Below are positions 28,397 through 37,206 of a DNA stretch of 64,000 nt, one piece after another. The notes under the pieces were generated by a model. That model was not told the DNA's origin, searched no databases, and saw only the letters and a program-made list of their open reading frames with translations. This DNA comes from Candidatus Krumholzibacteriota bacterium (GTDB taxonomy: Bacteria > Krumholzibacteriota > Krumholzibacteriia > JAJRXK01). Position 1 is the first letter of the stretch; each line of letters starts with the position of its first letter. The position numbers and the translations under genes are program-made. Location: NCBI GenBank assembly GCA_963764625.1, contig CAVXTH010000006.1:736001-800000 (forward strand). Direction: 5' to 3'.

Positions 28397-29237
28397 CGCA
28401 CTCCTCCTCCCAGAGGGGCGTGAACCGGGCCCATTGTTCGGGGTTGCGGGCGACGTGGCTCTCGAGCAGGGACACGATAAACTGCAGAGTCTCTCGTTCC
28501 TTCCCCTCCTCCACCCTCAGGGGCTTCTCGACCCTCAACTCGGTCAGGCTTCCCACGCGGCGCGCGAAGATCGGCAACACTCGTGCTCGTGCTTCCAGCG
28601 CCAGCCGTAGATATCCGTCGGGAAACTTGGCCTTGTGGCCGAAGAACTCCACTTCGCTTCCGCTCGAGCTGAACAGCCGGTCGCACAGCAAGACCACCGT
28701 CTCTCCTCGCTGCAGCGCTTCCAACAGCGGGCGATAGGATCGCCCCAGGGGATGAACGATGATACCCCGTTGCGCGCGCCGTTCGGTGAAGTACCTGGTC
28801 ACGCGCGCCGAAGGATGCTCGTGGGCGACGGTGTGGAAGGGCCCGAGGTGTTGCGCGAGCCACGCTCCCCCCATCTCCCATCCCGCCAGGTGCGCGGAGA
28901 GAATGAGGAGCCCCTCCCCTTCACGCCGGTGGAGGTACTCGCCGCCGCGAACCACTTTGTAGCGCGCGAGAATTTCGGTGGTGCTGCGATGGGGCAAGCT
29001 CACGAACTCATAGACCGAACGGGCGAAGGCCTGGAACACTTCGGGAACCATGAGCGGGTCGTAAGGACGGTCCATCGCCTTCTCGATCCCCTCGAGGTTT
29101 CGCTCCACGATGCGAACGACTTTGGGATGGGTCCAGCGAAAGATCAGTGCGACGGTGGCGGTGATTTTGAGGCCCAGCCAGCGCGGCAGGCGCCCGCTCA
29201 ACCATCCCGCGGTGAGGTACAGAAGCCAGTTGAGCAA
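28389..29237 (-). CDS. Lipid acyltransferase (LpxL/HtrB-PatA family)
   Basis: SAHLAGWE (Hx4E), LLCDR, VEFFG, PEQW. Confidence 0.85.
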   Translation of the reverse strand: MLNWLLYLTAGWLSGRLPRWLGLKITATVALIFRWTHPKVVRIVERNLEGIEKAMDRPYDPLMVPEVFQAFARSVYEFVSLPHRSTTEILARYKVVRGGEYLHRREGEGLLILSAHLAGWEMGGAWLAQHLGPFHTVAHEHPSARVTRYFTERRAQRGIIVHPLGRSYRPLLEALQRGETVVLLCDRLFSSSGSEVEFFGHKAKFPDGYLRLALEARARVLPIFARRVGSLTELRVEKPLRVEEGKERETLQFIVSLLESHVARNPEQWARFTPLWEEECDG

Positions 29238-29266
29238 GAGACGCTATCGGCGGCGAGAGGAAAGCT

Positions 29267-29343
29267 TGGTCGGGGCGACTGGATTTGAACCAGCGACCAC
29301 TTACCCCCCATGCAAGTGCGCTACCGGACTGCGCCACGCCCCG
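29267..29343 (-). tRNA. tRNA-Pro(GGG)
   Basis: CGGGGCG acceptor stem, CTTGC-ATGGGGG-GTAAG anticodon arm, TTCAAAT T-loop, ACCA end; downstream of a MerR gene as in many bacteria. Confidence 0.93.
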
Positions 29344-29375
29344 ACCAGACGTAAAGAAGACGCCAGGGGAGGGCA

Positions 29376-29403
29376 AAGATAACATAGCCCCGGCCGAATG
29401 CAA
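29376..29403 (-). promoter_or_regulatory. Sigma70 promoter of tRNA-Pro(GGG)
   Basis: Minus strand TTGCAT-N16-TATCTT with extended TG. Confidence 0.45.
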
Positions 29404-29425
29404 GCTCGTCGGCTGAAGGCTCTGC

Positions 29426-29791
29426 TCAGGACTTCAGTTCGTCGATTACTTGAAGAATGTCTCGAAGTCCCTCGCGCAGCTCCTCGATCAGTGCGTCGCG
29501 GGGGTCCTTCGCCGGTACTTTGGGCCCCACCGCCTCTTCGCGGGCCTTGCGGTCGGCCAAGATGCGACGGGCCCCGTCGATCTTGTAGCCTTCCTCGTAG
29601 AGGAGGCGCTTGATCGCCTTGAGTTCGTCGATGTCACGCTGGCGGTAACTCCGGTTCCCGGCGCGGTTCTTCTTGGGCCGCAGAGTGGGGAACTCCGCTT
29701 CCCAATAGCGAAGCACGTGGGGCTTCACCCCCGCCATCTTGGCGACTTCGCTGATGCTGTAGTAGAGCTTTTCGGGGAGCTCTGCGTTCAT
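29426..29791 (-). CDS. MerR-family transcriptional regulator
   Basis: KLYYSISEVA..GVKPHVLRYWEAEF..LRPKKNRAGNRSY...LLYEEGYKIDGAR. Confidence 0.92.
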   Translation of the reverse strand: MNAELPEKLYYSISEVAKMAGVKPHVLRYWEAEFPTLRPKKNRAGNRSYRQRDIDELKAIKRLLYEEGYKIDGARRILADRKAREEAVGPKVPAKDPRDALIEELREGLRDILQVIDELKS

Positions 29792-30822
29792 TGTTGCCAC
29801 CTCCTCTTCGCGGATGCGATTTCTCGTTCGGAGCGCAGGGCTCGTCCCATGAGTTCGTCGAGGGCTTGGCTGGGATCCCGTCCCTCGTCGAGCACGGCGA
29901 GAACTTGACGACTGATCGGCATCTTGATCTCGTGCTCGTCCGCCAACGCGACGGCGGTGCGCACCGTCGCCACCCCTTCCACCGTCTGTTCGATCGCCGC
30001 CATGGCGGACGCCAGGCTCTCCCCCCGGGCGATCCTCTCCCCCAGAGCTCGATTGCGGCTGTGCCGACTCAGACAGGTCGTGATCACGTCGCCCACCCCG
30101 GAGAGACCATAGAAGGTTTCGGCGAGGCCACCCAATGCCACTCCCAGGCGCGCGATCTCCGCGAGGCCGCGGGTCAAGAGGGCGCCCTTGGTGTTGTCCC
30201 CCAGATTCAGTCCGTCGCACATGCCGGCGGCGATGGCCAAGATGTTCTTCAGCGCGCCAGCGTATTCGGTGCCCACTTGATCGTCATTGGTGTAGATCCT
30301 GAGCCATGCGGTAGACAGCGCCTCCTGCACGCGTCGCGCATGCGCGGATTCTCCTCCGGACAACACGACGGCGGTGGGGAGCTGACGCGCCACCTCCTCG
30401 GCGTGCGAGGGTCCGAGCAGCGTCATCTGCCGGGCGGGACTCAGGTCGAGAGTCTGCCGCATCACTTCGCTCATGCGCCGGCCCGTCGTTTCCTCCAGAC
30501 CCTTCGCGACGCAGACGATGAGTGATTCCTCGGCGAGTTCTTCTTCTTCGAGGCGCTCGCAGAGTTCCGCTACGGCCTTCGAGGGCACGGCCAGAACCAG
30601 CACGCTTGCGCCGCGCACGCACTCAGCCAGCGAATCGCTCGCGCGAAGCCCGCGGGGTAGCTCGACCCCGGGCAAGTACCTCTGATTCTTTCCCTGATTG
30701 ATTTCCCGCGCCAGCTCGTTCCGTCGCGCCCAGAGCCTGGTCTGGTGCCCCGTGAGGCGTGCGCTCAGCGCCAGGGCCGTGCCCCACGACCCCGCCCCCA
30801 GGACCGCGACCGACTCGCTCAC
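29788..30822 (-). CDS. gpsA: NAD(P)H-dependent glycerol-3-phosphate dehydrogenase
   Basis: LGAGSWGTALA, AVPS, KGLE, GPSHAEEV, GALKN, SGVGD..TC.SRHSRN. Confidence 0.95.
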   Translation of the reverse strand: MSESVAVLGAGSWGTALALSARLTGHQTRLWARRNELAREINQGKNQRYLPGVELPRGLRASDSLAECVRGASVLVLAVPSKAVAELCERLEEEELAEESLIVCVAKGLEETTGRRMSEVMRQTLDLSPARQMTLLGPSHAEEVARQLPTAVVLSGGESAHARRVQEALSTAWLRIYTNDDQVGTEYAGALKNILAIAAGMCDGLNLGDNTKGALLTRGLAEIARLGVALGGLAETFYGLSGVGDVITTCLSRHSRNRALGERIARGESLASAMAAIEQTVEGVATVRTAVALADEHEIKMPISRQVLAVLDEGRDPSQALDELMGRALRSEREIASAKRRWQQ

Positions 30823-31451
30823 GACCACAGAGGTTTCTCCTCCCCTCGGCGCAGACGGCGCAGGTTTTCTCTGTGACGCAAGAGAATGAGCGCTCCCAGC
30901 ACCACCGACGCCACCAATGTCGCCCAACGCGGCTGGGAGTCGGGATGACTCAGGGTGTGCACCAGGAGGGTGACGGGAAGAGCCGCCGCGGCCGCGATGC
31001 TGGCGATGCTCATGATGCGAGTGCTCAAAAGCAGAATGAGCCAGATGCCGAAGGCGGGAATCGCGCCCCAAGGGGCCAGAGTCAAGAAGGCGCCGGCCGC
31101 GGTCGCGACTCCCTTGCCACCGCGAAAGCCCACCCACGGGCTGAAGGCGTGACCGAGAACCGCGCCCATCGCCGCCGCGAGCGCCAGTGCGTCCCCGGTG
31201 GGACCCATCACCGCCAGGCGAGGGGTCAGCGCCAACCAGACCGGAAACGCTCCCTTGAGGAGATCCACCAGGAGCACCATGCTGGCGGTAAACGGTCCCA
31301 GCACCCGGAAGGCGTTCGTCGCGCCCAGATTGCCGCTGCCCTCGACCCGCAGGTCGACTCCCTTGCGGCGGCCCAGCAGATAGGAGGTGGGAAAGGAGCC
31401 ACAGAGGTATCCGGCGAGGAGGGCGATGAATACGGCCAGCCAGGGATTCAT
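30819..31451 (-). CDS. plsY: Glycerol-3-phosphate acyltransferase PlsY
   Basis: GSGNLGATN, DLLKG, GH...FRGGKGVAT, RHRENLRRL..GEE. Confidence 0.96.
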   Translation of the reverse strand: MNPWLAVFIALLAGYLCGSFPTSYLLGRRKGVDLRVEGSGNLGATNAFRVLGPFTASMVLLVDLLKGAFPVWLALTPRLAVMGPTGDALALAAAMGAVLGHAFSPWVGFRGGKGVATAAGAFLTLAPWGAIPAFGIWLILLLSTRIMSIASIAAAAALPVTLLVHTLSHPDSQPRWATLVASVVLGALILLRHRENLRRLRRGEEKPLWS

Positions 31452-32770
31452 GTTCGGCTTCTCTCCTTTTCGCGGAGGGTGATCCGGATACGGGTGCCGG
31501 TGAACCCCACCGCCTCGCGGATGCGGTTGTTGAGATAACGCAAGTAATTCCTCGGGAAATAGGCGCTCCGGTTGACGAAAAGCGTGAAGACCGGAGGCGC
31601 GGTTCCCGTCTGCGTCGCGTAGTAGATCTTCCCGGTGCCCCGCTGGTACATCGGGGGAGGATTCTTGCGCTTCGCCGCCTCCAGTATGCTGTTTAGACGG
31701 CTTGTTTCAACCGTTTTCTCACGTTCGCGCGCGAGCTCCCAGGCCATTTCTAGAATTCGCCCGGTACGAGTGCCCACCAGGGCGGAGATGGAGACCACCG
31801 GCGCGTAACGAATGAAGGCCAGATCCTCGTGGATTCGATCGGTGAAGTGTTTGAAGGTCATCGTGTCCTTCTCGATGGCGTCCCACTTGTTCACCGCGAT
31901 GAGCACCCCCTTCCCCGCGTCGTGAATCTCGCTGGCCACCCGCGCATCCTGCGCCACCACTCCTTCGGTGGCATCGAGCATGAGGACGGCGACGTCGCAG
32001 CGCTGGATCGCCTGGATGGAGCGCAGCACCGAAAAGTACTCGACACCTTTATTGTGTTTGAAGCGGCGGCGGATCCCCGCGGTGTCCACCAGGACCATGT
32101 CTTTCCCGTGCCAGCGAATCCGGCTGTCCACCGCGTCACGCGTGGTCCCCGGGACCTCGCTCACCAAACTGTTGCTCGCGCCAGTCAGCGCATTCAGCAG
32201 ACTGCTCTTGCCCACGTTGGGCCGGCCCAGGAGCGCGAGATGGAGCGCCTCCTCGGTTCGGGCCGGGGCCTGCGGAAGTCCCTCCACCACCGCGTCGAGC
32301 AGATCCCCCACCCCTCTCCCGTGAATGGCAGAAACCCCGTAGAGGGAAGGAAAACCCAGGCGATGGAACTCAGCCGCTTCGAGCTGGTCGAGCTCCTTGT
32401 CCACTTTGTTCACGACCACATGCACCGGCTGTTCGAGCCGGTGTAATTCGGATGCGAGAGCTTGATCGTAGGCGGTGATGCCACTACCCACATCCACCAC
32501 GAAGATGACCGCGTCGGCCATGTTCATGGTGGCGCGCGCGACTTCGGAGATTTCGTGTTCAAAGGGAGTTCCCTCTTCGAAGGGGATGATTCCTCCGGTG
32601 TCGGCGAGGGTGAAATTGTGCCCGGCCCAGTCCGCCGGGCGAATGTGACGGTCGCGCGTCACGCCCGCACTCTCGTGCACGACCGCCGATCGCGTACGCG
32701 TGATGCGGTTGAAGAGAGTGGACTTCCCCACATTGGGCCGGCCCACGATGGCAACCAGGGCGGGTGGCAT
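31448..32770 (-). CDS. der: Ribosome biogenesis GTPase Der
   Basis: Two GRPNVGKS P-loops, GVTRD and GTTRD, DTGG and DTAG, C-terminal KH-like domain. Confidence 0.97.
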   Translation of the reverse strand: MPPALVAIVGRPNVGKSTLFNRITRTRSAVVHESAGVTRDRHIRPADWAGHNFTLADTGGIIPFEEGTPFEHEISEVARATMNMADAVIFVVDVGSGITAYDQALASELHRLEQPVHVVVNKVDKELDQLEAAEFHRLGFPSLYGVSAIHGRGVGDLLDAVVEGLPQAPARTEEALHLALLGRPNVGKSSLLNALTGASNSLVSEVPGTTRDAVDSRIRWHGKDMVLVDTAGIRRRFKHNKGVEYFSVLRSIQAIQRCDVAVLMLDATEGVVAQDARVASEIHDAGKGVLIAVNKWDAIEKDTMTFKHFTDRIHEDLAFIRYAPVVSISALVGTRTGRILEMAWELAREREKTVETSRLNSILEAAKRKNPPPMYQRGTGKIYYATQTGTAPPVFTLFVNRSAYFPRNYLRYLNNRIREAVGFTGTRIRITLREKERSRT

Positions 32771-32771
32771 C

Positions 32772-34091
32772 TCAGGACCTCTGCGAGTTTGGAATTTCCG
32801 TCGCGATTTCCAGAAGGGCCTCTACCAGACCCTCCCGGGCGATGCGCACCGGATGCGTCGCGTTGCTCAGCAACTCCTGCAGGGTCATGTCGTCCAGGAA
32901 GATCTCCTCGTGGTTGAGCGGCGAATCGGGCAAGAGCACTTCCCCACAGTCGGCGGGAAGGGCAGCGATCGCGTCGGCGAAATCCCGTCCGGGAAGAAGT
33001 CCCACTACCGTGATTCCCTTCCCGTAAAGACGGTTTTCGATTCCCACCACTCGCAGGTCGAGCCACTCGATTTCCTCTATCAGAGGTCTGAGGTCTCGTT
33101 CGAAGAACGCGGCTCCCAGGGCGCCGGTGAGAATCGTGACGGTGCGCCGCGTGCGGCTCGAGGTGGCCAGCCGAGGCGCGGCTTCGCGCAGCTCTTCGAG
33201 CAGACTGCGCGCCTGACCGATGCCGTTGTCTTCCTGCGGCATGTCTTCGTAGAAGCGCAGCGGAGGGAAAGGAAACTCCGCGCGCAGATAGAATTCGTCG
33301 CTCAGGTAGACCAAACGCTGACCATATCGCGCGAGGAAGCGATCCTGCCAGACGCGGAGTTGCGCCAGCGCCATGCGAGCGTCTTCCTTCGTCACCGGCT
33401 TGAGCTCGGCCAAACCCTCGCGATGGTCGCTCAACCCAACCGGCACTACCGCGATAGAGGCGACCCCGGGAAAGAGTGCGCCCAGATCGGCCACCGTCTT
33501 GTCCAGAATCTTTCCGTCGTTCCATCCGGGACACAACACGATTTGAGAGTGCACTTCGATTCCATTGGAGGTGAGCTCGCGGAGAATCGCGAGCACGTCG
33601 ATACGGCGTTTGATGCCCAGGAGCTTGGTCCGCGCATCGAGTTCGGTGGCGTGAACCGAAACGAAGAGCGGACTCAGCTTCTGCTCCAGCACTCGGCGCA
33701 GGCCGCGCCGTCCCAGGCTGGTGAGAGTAATGTAGTTTCCGTAGAGGAAGCTGAGCCGGTAGTCCTCGTCCTTGACGTAGATCTGGTCGCGCATGCCCTT
33801 GGGATTCTGATCGATGAAACAGAAGACGCAGCGACAAGCACAGGTCTTGAATTCAAGGGGCGCAAACGCCTCCGCCAGGAGCGAGAGATCGCTGGCGTTC
33901 AAGCGGAAGGCGAGAGAACGGTCGTCGCGATCCATGATGGCGACTTCCAGCTCCGCCGCTTCCTCGCCGAGATAGTAGAAATCGAGAATGTCCTCGATGG
34001 AGCTTTCCCCGATGCGGATCAGGCGGTCGCCTTCACGCCAGCAATAACCCGGCAAAATTCCATCTGCGGGGGCGCGTTCGAGAACGATCAC
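32772..34091 (-). CDS. PDZ + radical SAM DUF512 protein
   Basis: CACRCVFCF (Cx3Cx2C), KDEDYRLSFLYGNYITLT, QIVLCPG.NDG, VVPVGL, QEDNGIG. Confidence 0.9.
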   Translation of the reverse strand: MIVLERAPADGILPGYCWREGDRLIRIGESSIEDILDFYYLGEEAAELEVAIMDRDDRSLAFRLNASDLSLLAEAFAPLEFKTCACRCVFCFIDQNPKGMRDQIYVKDEDYRLSFLYGNYITLTSLGRRGLRRVLEQKLSPLFVSVHATELDARTKLLGIKRRIDVLAILRELTSNGIEVHSQIVLCPGWNDGKILDKTVADLGALFPGVASIAVVPVGLSDHREGLAELKPVTKEDARMALAQLRVWQDRFLARYGQRLVYLSDEFYLRAEFPFPPLRFYEDMPQEDNGIGQARSLLEELREAAPRLATSSRTRRTVTILTGALGAAFFERDLRPLIEEIEWLDLRVVGIENRLYGKGITVVGLLPGRDFADAIAALPADCGEVLLPDSPLNHEEIFLDDMTLQELLSNATHPVRIAREGLVEALLEIATEIPNSQRS

Positions 34092-34181
34092 GGGAGTTCC
34101 TCTGCAATAGGCTCGTGCGGCCCCTGATGATAGGCCCCAACTCTCGGTCTGGCAACGGTGCCGTCGCACGAGGGGAAGTTC

Positions 34182-34257
34182 TGGAGCGGGCGACGGGACT
34201 CGAACCCGCGACCTTCAGCTTGGGAAGCTGATACTCTACCAACTGAGTTACACCCGC
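34182..34257 (-). tRNA. tRNA-Gly(CCC)
   Basis: GCGGGTG acceptor stem, TCAGC-TTCCCAA-GCTGA anticodon arm, TTCGAGT T-loop, TCCA end. Confidence 0.96.
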
Positions 34258-34291
34258 TCGGGTCCCTTGCCCTTACAAGAGGCAGGGTCGC

Positions 34292-34320
34292 AAGCTAGCA
34301 AGGGGTGTGGGGAGTGTCAA
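34292..34320 (-). promoter_or_regulatory. Sigma70 promoter of tRNA-Gly
   Basis: Minus strand TTGACA-N17-TAGCTT. Confidence 0.65.
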
Positions 34321-35258
34321 GAGGACCCGCCTTCCCGCAGGGCTGCCAGCAGCTGCCTTTCGAATTCGGGGTTCTCCGCGGTGCCCCGCGCCTCCACCTC
34401 GAGCTTGCGAAACCAGATCTCCTGTTGCCGCGCGTAGCGTCGGGTGGCGACCACGATCCGCTCGAGGAGTTCCTCACGCGCGCACGCGTTCTTCAGGTAG
34501 GAGACGATTTCGCGATAGCCCAGAATCGAGAGCCCCGGACCGTCTTCCTTCCACCCTTCGTCAAGAAGTGCCCGAGTCTCCTCGATCCACCCGGTCTGCA
34601 GCCAAGCCTCGGCCCGGCGCGCAATGGAGGCGTGAAGTTTCCAGCGCGGCTGTTGCAAGTGGAACACGCGCAGCTTCAAGCCCAACACCGGATGGGGTCG
34701 AAAGTCCTGGGCGAGTTGGGTCATGCTCGTGCCGCAGAGCGCGTGAATTTCCAACGCGCGCTCCATACGGTAGCGGTCGTTGGGATGCAGGGCCTGGGCG
34801 CGCTCGGGATCGACCCCGAAAAGACGCTGCCGTACTTCCGCGGTGGAGAGGGTGGCCCATTCCTCGCGCAAACTCGATAGAAGCTCCGGATTCTCGGGGA
34901 TCGTAAAGAAGCCCTCTTGCAATGCGCGCAAGTAGAAGCCGGCCCCTCCCACCACGATGGGAGTCACTTCGCGTTGCAGAAGGCGGGGCAGAACCTCCTC
35001 TACCTGGCGACGGTACCGTCCCGCGTCGAACCGTTCGTCAGGTTCGATCAGATCGACGAGGTGATGGGGAAGCGCCTCGCGTTCTGCGGGACTGGGTTTC
35101 CCGGTCCCCAGATCGAGCCGTCTGTAGATTTGCCGTGAGTCGAGAGAGATGAGTTCGAGGGAGGAACCGAACGCGTGCGCGAGCCGAAGAGCCAAGCTCG
35201 TCTTCCCGGTGGCGGTGGCTCCAACGAGAACCACCAGGCTCGAGATCTCGCCTGCCAC
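34317..35258 (-). CDS. miaA: tRNA dimethylallyltransferase
   Basis: GATATGKT, DSRQIYR..DLGTGKP, VGGAGFY, LGYRE, TRRYARQQ.IWF; directly after mutL. Confidence 0.95.
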   Translation of the reverse strand: MAGEISSLVVLVGATATGKTSLALRLAHAFGSSLELISLDSRQIYRRLDLGTGKPSPAEREALPHHLVDLIEPDERFDAGRYRRQVEEVLPRLLQREVTPIVVGGAGFYLRALQEGFFTIPENPELLSSLREEWATLSTAEVRQRLFGVDPERAQALHPNDRYRMERALEIHALCGTSMTQLAQDFRPHPVLGLKLRVFHLQQPRWKLHASIARRAEAWLQTGWIEETRALLDEGWKEDGPGLSILGYREIVSYLKNACAREELLERIVVATRRYARQQEIWFRKLEVEARGTAENPEFERQLLAALREGGSS

Positions 35259-35261
35259 CGC

Positions 35262-37094
35262 TCAACGTCTTCCGAAGCGGCGTTCCAGTTCGGGAAGACC
35301 GATGCGGATGAGAGTCGGTCGTCCGTGAGGGCACGAGTAGGGCAGCTCGGTCGCGAAGAGACGATCCATGAGCGCCTGCATTTCCGGCAGCGTCAGTTTC
35401 TCTCCGGCACGAATCGCGCCGTGGCAGGCATAGGATGCCAGAATCGCTTCCTTGGGATCACTGCCTCCCCTCCCACTCTCGGAGAGATCGACCAGGATGT
35501 CGCGCAGGAGGGCACCATCGTTCCAGTTGTGCAGCTCGTTGGGGATACCGCGCACCAGAATGGTGGACCCGCCGAAGGCCTCGGTCAAAAAACCCATCCG
35601 CTCCATGTCACCACGGTGGACTTCGTAGGCCGAGAGCTCGGTGGGGGTGAGTTCCAGCGTGCAGGGAAAGAGCAACTGCTGCACCGCGACGCCCCGCCCT
35701 TCCACCGCCTTCTTTCCTTCGTTGTACAGAATGCGTTCGTGGCTGTTGTGTTGATCGACGATCACCAGGGCCCCGCGAATCTGGGTCAGAATGAAGGTGG
35801 AGTGCAGCTGCCAAAACAGATCGGACGCGGACTCGAGACTCTGGCCGAGCCCCGGATCGACCGGAGCTCCCTGCGGGACGAAGCCGCCCCCCTCTTCGCC
35901 GGGGTCGCCCGTTTCGAAGAGCGTGGGCGCCAGCTTGCTGCGACTCCACGCCGGACCGTAGCTGGTCGAGTGCCCTTCGGTCGGCCCGTGGCGAAAAACC
36001 TCTTCCGCTGTCTGACGCAGCCGTTCCATGGCCACCGACTCCAAAGGCGAGTGGGCTACACCGTGCGCTCGCGCTCCGCCCTCGCCCCGCAACGCGAGCG
36101 CGTCCTGGATGGAATGGCGCACGAGTTCGTGGGCAGTACCGGCATCGCGCAGACGAATCTCGGCCTTGGTGGGATGAATGTTGACGTCCACCCGCGAGGG
36201 TGGAACTTCCACGAAGAGGAGCACGAGAGGAAAGCGCCCTGCGGGAATGACTTCACGGTACGCGTGCTGGATGGCGTGGCTCAATCCGCTGTCGACCACG
36301 CCGCGCCGGTTTACGTAGACGAACTGACCGCTACGATTTCCCCGAGTGTAGGTGGGAAGACTGCACAGTCCTTCCACGCGCACGCCCTGCACTTGAGCTT
36401 CGAAGCGCCGCAGGTGTTCGGCGACCGTTGAACCGAAAACCCCGTGTACCCTCGTCTCCAGATCGAGCGCCGGCGGAAGATCCATGCTGACTTTGCCGGA
36501 GGACTCCAGGCGGAACCCGACTTCGGGATGCGCCAGGGCCAAGGAGCTGAGGGCCTGGGTGACCGCCCTGGCCTCGCTGGCCTCACTCTTGAGGAACTGT
36601 CTCCGCGCCGGCAGATTGAAGAAGAGATCAGCCGCGGTGACGGTGGTCCCGGGATGCCGGGCCAGAGCTTCCTTGCGTTCGATGCGACCCCCGACGAGAT
36701 CGAGTCGACATCCCAGCTCTTCCTCCTTGGCGCGCGAACGCAGCGAGAAACGACTGACCGATGCGATGGAGGCGAGCGCTTCGCCCCGAAATCCGAAGGA
36801 GTGAATCGCGAGCAGGTCTCCACTGCCCGCGATCTTGGAAGTGGCGTGGGCCTCGACCGCCAAGGGCACTTCCCGGGTCGGGATTCCACTGCCGTCATCC
36901 TCGACGCTGATTTCCTCCAGCCCCCCGCGGCGCAAACGCACCACGATGTGGCGGGCGCCGGCGTCCAGCGCGTTCTCCACCATTTCCTTCACCGCCGAGG
37001 CCGGACGCTCCACCACCTCACCCGCCGCGATCCGGTCGACGCAGGAGGGATCCAGAAGGCGGATCGGGCGACGCTGGGTGTTGGGAGCATTCAT
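35262..37094 (-). CDS. mutL: DNA mismatch repair protein MutL
   Basis: IAAGEVVERPASAVKE, HATSK, FGFRGEAL, DVNIHPTK; endonuclease motifs DQHNSHERILYNE, ACH and CPHGRP. Confidence 0.97.
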   Translation of the reverse strand: MNAPNTQRRPIRLLDPSCVDRIAAGEVVERPASAVKEMVENALDAGARHIVVRLRRGGLEEISVEDDGSGIPTREVPLAVEAHATSKIAGSGDLLAIHSFGFRGEALASIASVSRFSLRSRAKEEELGCRLDLVGGRIERKEALARHPGTTVTAADLFFNLPARRQFLKSEASEARAVTQALSSLALAHPEVGFRLESSGKVSMDLPPALDLETRVHGVFGSTVAEHLRRFEAQVQGVRVEGLCSLPTYTRGNRSGQFVYVNRRGVVDSGLSHAIQHAYREVIPAGRFPLVLLFVEVPPSRVDVNIHPTKAEIRLRDAGTAHELVRHSIQDALALRGEGGARAHGVAHSPLESVAMERLRQTAEEVFRHGPTEGHSTSYGPAWSRSKLAPTLFETGDPGEEGGGFVPQGAPVDPGLGQSLESASDLFWQLHSTFILTQIRGALVIVDQHNSHERILYNEGKKAVEGRGVAVQQLLFPCTLELTPTELSAYEVHRGDMERMGFLTEAFGGSTILVRGIPNELHNWNDGALLRDILVDLSESGRGGSDPKEAILASYACHGAIRAGEKLTLPEMQALMDRLFATELPYSCPHGRPTLIRIGLPELERRFGRR

Positions 37095-37177
37095 GAAGAC
37101 AATCCCTCAAACCATTGTGATGGTGTGAGTTAGATTCTGTCGACGCAGGCGAGGAATTCGCGGCGTCGGCGGTGCTC

Positions 37178-37206
37178 ACACTACCCTGGCCGAAGGGAGC
37201 TGTCAA
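37178..37206 (-). promoter_or_regulatory. Sigma70 promoter of mutL
   Basis: Minus strand TTGACA-N17-TAGTGT. Confidence 0.6.
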
